From an uncultured Nitrospiraceae bacterium (GTDB lineage Bacteria > Nitrospirota > Thermodesulfovibrionia > Thermodesulfovibrionales > UBA9159): a stretch of DNA of 64,000 nucleotides. Where the stretch lies: contig CAYYWY010000003.1 of NCBI GenBank assembly GCA_964475485.1, forward strand, positions 10,485 to 74,484, read 5' to 3'. The notes beneath the pieces are model-generated. The model made no database searches. It had not been told where the DNA came from and worked only from the letters and a program-made list of their open reading frames with translations. The first letter of the stretch is position 1, and each line of letters opens with the position of its first letter. Of the stretch, positions 61,105 to 64,000 are shown in pieces. A program made the position numbers and the translations under genes.

Positions 61105-63570
61105 ATGGCAAGAGTAAGAATTTATGAACTTGCAAAGAAGATCGGCGTCTCCAACAAAGAGGTGATCGGCGAGCTGGCAAGGCTCGGCATATCGGTCAAG
61201 ACGCACGCGTCGAGCATAGAGGGCGACATCGCCAGGAAACTGGAGGGTATCTTCAGAACCAGGGAGAAGTCCCAGCCGGAGGCGGAGCCCGGCGTGCAGG
61301 CTGGGGCGAGAAAGACGGCCGCTGCGGGGGTCGAGAAGTCCGAAGCAAAGGCGTTGGTAAAAAAGGAGCCGAAAAAAGAGACAAGAGAAGAGATAAGAGA
61401 GAAAATAAAGGAAGAAGTCAAGGAGATCGAGGCGGAAGAGATAAAAGAGGAAGGAAAAAGGGAGGAAGTCGCACCGGCGGCAAGAGAGGAAGCAGGGGAG
61501 CCCCGGGAAGAGATTGGGAAGAAGGAAATAGAGGCGGAAGAACACCAGCCCCTGGTTGAGAAAGAGAAAGTGCCGGAAATCCCGGCGGTGCCTGCAGAAG
61601 AAGGCGAGTTCCAGGTTCCGGACCGCTTCAAGAAGGATGTCGAGACCGAAAAGGTGGAGAAGTTCAAGGCCAAGCCCGCAATGCAGAGGGCGTTTCAGGC
61701 CGTCAGGAAGATAGAGCCGAAGAAATGGCATGAGGTGAAGCCGTTCAAGAAATCCGGCAGGGAAAGACCCGGACAGAAGGTCATGGAGAAGCTCCCGCCT
61801 CCGATCACCGCTCCTCGCAAAAAGACGCTTAAGATTCACGAAGGAATCACCGTTAAGGAATTTGCCGAGCTGATCAGTGTAAAACTCCCTGACGTGATCA
61901 AGAAGTTCATGGAAATGGGGTACATGCCAACAATAAACCAGCCGGTAGACATGGATGCCGCGCTCCTTGTTGCCGAAGGCTTTGGTGTCAAGCTGGAGGT
62001 CACTACAGCCGAGGAAGAGCCCGTGTTCGAGGAAGTTGCGGAGGATTTGTCCGCGCTGGTTGCAAGGCCGCCGGTAGTGACCATAATGGGGCATGTGGAC
62101 CACGGCAAAACATCCTTACTCGACGCCATCAGAGAGACTAAGGTAACCGAGACCGAGGCAGGGGGAATAACCCAGCATATCGGCGCTTACAAGGTGACTC
62201 TCAAGGGAAAGGATATCGTCTTCCTCGACACACCCGGCCATGAGGCGTTCACGTCCCTGAGGGCGCGAGGCGCCAAGGTGACGGATGTGGTGGTCCTTGT
62301 GGTGGCTGCTGATGACGGGGTCATGCCTCAGACTGTGGAGGCGATAAACCATGCAAAGGCTGCAAATGTGCCGATCGTGGTAGCGATCAACAAGATAGAC
62401 AAACCCGAGGCAAATCCGACCAAGGTCAAGAACGAACTTGCTGCATACGGGATCGTTCCCGAAGAGTGGGGGGGACAGAATATCTTTGTTGAGGTTTCTG
62501 CCAAGAAACGTATAGGCATCGAGAACTTGCTCGAGATGATCCTCCTCCAGGCCGATGTCATGGAGCTTAAGGCGAATCCCGCCAGGCTGTCAAAGGGAAC
62601 GATTATCGAGGCGAGGCTCGACAGGGGTAGGGGTCCTGTGGCAACAGTCCTTGTACAAAACGGGACGCTCAAAGCGGGTGATGTGTTCCTCTCGGGAGTG
62701 AACTACGGGAAGGTAAGGGCCCTCATTGACGACACGGGGAAGAGGATATTTGAGGCGAGCCCCTCCACTCCCGTTGAGGTCATCGGTTTCTCCGATGTGC
62801 CGACTGCCGGCGATGCTTTCATCGTAGTGGATGACGAAAGGAAGGCCAGGCAGATTGCGATGATAAGGCAGCAGAAGCAGCGCCTCGCGGAAATGGCAAA
62901 GTCGAGGAAGCTGACCCTGGATGATCTCTATTCGAAGATCAGGGAAGGGGAGATAAAGGAACTTAATATAATCATAAAGGGCGATGTTCAGGGGTCTGTC
63001 GAGGCGCTGAGAGAGGCCCTGGAACAGACCGTGCACGCACAGGTGAAGGTTAAAGTGATCCATGCGTCCGTGGGCGGGATAAACGAATCGGACGTTATGC
63101 TCGCCACTGCTTCCAATGCCATTATTATCGGCTTTAATGTGAGGGCTGAGCCAAAGGCCTATCAGACAGCGGAAAAAGAAGGGGTGGACATCAGGCATTA
63201 CAATATTATTTACGAGGCCATTGATGACATCAGGAGGGCTCTGGAGGGCCTCCTGGAACCGACACTGAAGGAGAAGGTGCTGGGAAGGGCCGAGGTTCGG
63301 CAGACCTTCCAGGTGTCGAGGCTGGGAACGATCGCCGGCTGTTACGTCCTGGACGGAGTGATAAGCCGTGCCAGTGACGGAATACGGATCATCAGGGAAA
63401 ATATTGTCGTCTATGACGGGAAGATCTCATCCCTTAAGAGGTTCAAGGAGGATGTGAGGGAGGTACAGTCAGGGTACGAATGCGGCATTATGATAGAAAA
63501 CTTTAACGATGTGAAAGTTGGAGACATTTTCGAAAACTACGTCATAGAAAAGGTAGCCGCGAAACTGTGA
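61105..63570 (+). CDS. infB: translation initiation factor IF-2
   Basis: 821 aa. N-terminal IF2_N ([19 protein letters not shown]), a Lys/Glu-rich spacer, and a G domain ([26 protein letters not shown]). Confidence 0.97.
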   Translation: MARVRIYELAKKIGVSNKEVIGELARLGISVKTHASSIEGDIARKLEGIFRTREKSQPEAEPGVQAGARKTAAAGVEKSEAKALVKKEPKKETREEIREKIKEEVKEIEAEEIKEEGKREEVAPAAREEAGEPREEIGKKEIEAEEHQPLVEKEKVPEIPAVPAEEGEFQVPDRFKKDVETEKVEKFKAKPAMQRAFQAVRKIEPKKWHEVKPFKKSGRERPGQKVMEKLPPPITAPRKKTLKIHEGITVKEFAELISVKLPDVIKKFMEMGYMPTINQPVDMDAALLVAEGFGVKLEVTTAEEEPVFEEVAEDLSALVARPPVVTIMGHVDHGKTSLLDAIRETKVTETEAGGITQHIGAYKVTLKGKDIVFLDTPGHEAFTSLRARGAKVTDVVVLVVAADDGVMPQTVEAINHAKAANVPIVVAINKIDKPEANPTKVKNELAAYGIVPEEWGGQNIFVEVSAKKRIGIENLLEMILLQADVMELKANPARLSKGTIIEARLDRGRGPVATVLVQNGTLKAGDVFLSGVNYGKVRALIDDTGKRIFEASPSTPVEVIGFSDVPTAGDAFIVVDDERKARQIAMIRQQKQRLAEMAKSRKLTLDDLYSKIREGEIKELNIIIKGDVQGSVEALREALEQTVHAQVKVKVIHASVGGINESDVMLATASNAIIIGFNVRAEPKAYQTAEKEGVDIRHYNIIYEAIDDIRRALEGLLEPTLKEKVLGRAEVRQTFQVSRLGTIAGCYVLDGVISRASDGIRIIRENIVVYDGKISSLKRFKEDVREVQSGYECGIMIENFNDVKVGDIFENYVIEKVAAKL

Positions 63571-63634
63571 TACTGCCCGTAGGCCGGGCGCTATTAAGTC
63601 CTGACTCTTAGACTGTCAATTATCACACTATTTT

Positions 63635-63982
63635 ATGCTTCCATACAAGCGCTCACAGAGGGTCGGAGATCTCTTGAGGGAGGAGATCGCCGACATCATC
63701 ATGAGGAAAGTGAAGGATCCCCGTATCGGATTCGTCACGGTCACAGGGGTCGATATCACGTCAGACCTGAAGATTGCCAGAGTCTATATAAGCTGCCTCA
63801 ATGAAGGGGAGAGGGAACTGACGCTGGAGATCCTCAATTCCGCAAGGAGTTTCATCCGTTCCGAGGTGGGAAAAAGGGTCAGGATGAAGGTGCTTCCGTC
63901 CCTGGAGTTCAGGATTGACGAATCGATAGGGTATGGAGACAGGATCGATAAACTGCTGAAAGAGATCAAGGAAAGTTCCTGA
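63635..63982 (+). CDS. rbfA: 30S ribosome-binding factor RbfA
   Basis: 115 aa with RSQRVGDLLREEIADII and DPRIGFVTVTGV. Canonical position after infB. Confidence 0.93.
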   Translation: MLPYKRSQRVGDLLREEIADIIMRKVKDPRIGFVTVTGVDITSDLKIARVYISCLNEGERELTLEILNSARSFIRSEVGKRVRMKVLPSLEFRIDESIGYGDRIDKLLKEIKESS

Positions 63983-64000
63983 ATTGCAGGTCCCTGAGAA

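Noticed and set aside
60982-62103. 373-aa ORF on the minus strand opposite infB
   Set aside because: It lies entirely antisense to the strongly recognisable IF-2 gene. Its Leu/Arg/Phe-rich low-complexity sequence mirrors the Lys/Glu-rich purine tract of infB, and it has no RBS or recognisable family.
1-64000. Search by eye for CRISPR arrays, tRNA/rRNA/tmRNA/RNase P/SRP RNA signatures, IS elements, integrases, toxin-antitoxin pairs and defence-system gene sets
   Set aside because: I saw none. There are no regularly spaced repeats, no cloverleaf-compatible intergenic segments, no transposase or integrase ORFs, and every intergenic region longer than 150 nt is accounted for above. A covariance-model scan would be needed to exclude small ncRNAs.

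Overview
This 64-kb bacterial chromosomal window is densely coding and almost entirely housekeeping. I count about 58 CDS and saw no rRNA, tRNA, CRISPR array, transposase, integrase or prophage genes. Order of content: carB. Then a few small signalling or accessory genes (DUF72, REC-GGDEF, mqnA, a secreted hypothetical, a stand-alone Cys-rich two-CW protein). Then a complete collinear dcw cell-wall/division cluster at 8.3-27.3 kb: mraZ-rsmH-ftsL-ftsI-murE-murF-mraY-[S11 DD-carboxypeptidase]-murD-ftsW-murG-murC-murB-[75-codon coupled ORF]-ddl-ftsQ-ftsA-ftsZ. Then a small accessory islet (B12-type radical SAM, cupredoxin, PEBP, lipoprotein), typA, a second REC-GGDEF, a DUF1998-type SF2 helicase, DoxX, a flavoprotein disulfide reductase and putA. 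Next comes a PAS/HisKA_3 sensor kinase broken by two frameshifts. After that is a same-strand array pheA-hisC-aroF-tyrA-aroA-cmk-ispH-rpsA-sppA-ihfB, a PRTase+DLH pair, nifU-nifS, tig-clpP-clpX, dciA-rpmB and infB-rbfA. I did not find a clear multi-gene novel system such as a defence island. The observations most worth a second look are as follows. (1) The dcw cluster has two non-canonical insertions: a DD-carboxypeptidase with a poly-Lys tail, and an unrecognised 75-codon ORF coupled at both ends between murB and ddl. (2) A stand-alone two-CW cysteine-rich protein sits just upstream of mraZ. (3) There is a ~100-bp palindromic dispersed repeat (2 copies), and heptanucleotide tandem repeats occur at two loci, one inside an in-frame insertion in carB. 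(4) The sensor kinase carries two frameshifts. (5) There is a B12-radical SAM/cupredoxin islet. Gene content (futalosine mqnA, two-CW domain, NifU/NifS, DciA, meso-DAP-type MurE) suggests an anaerobic Nitrospirota- or Desulfobacterota-like lineage, but that is inference only. All calls rest on motif recognition by eye from the ORF track and the DNA. No homology search, folding or statistics were run.
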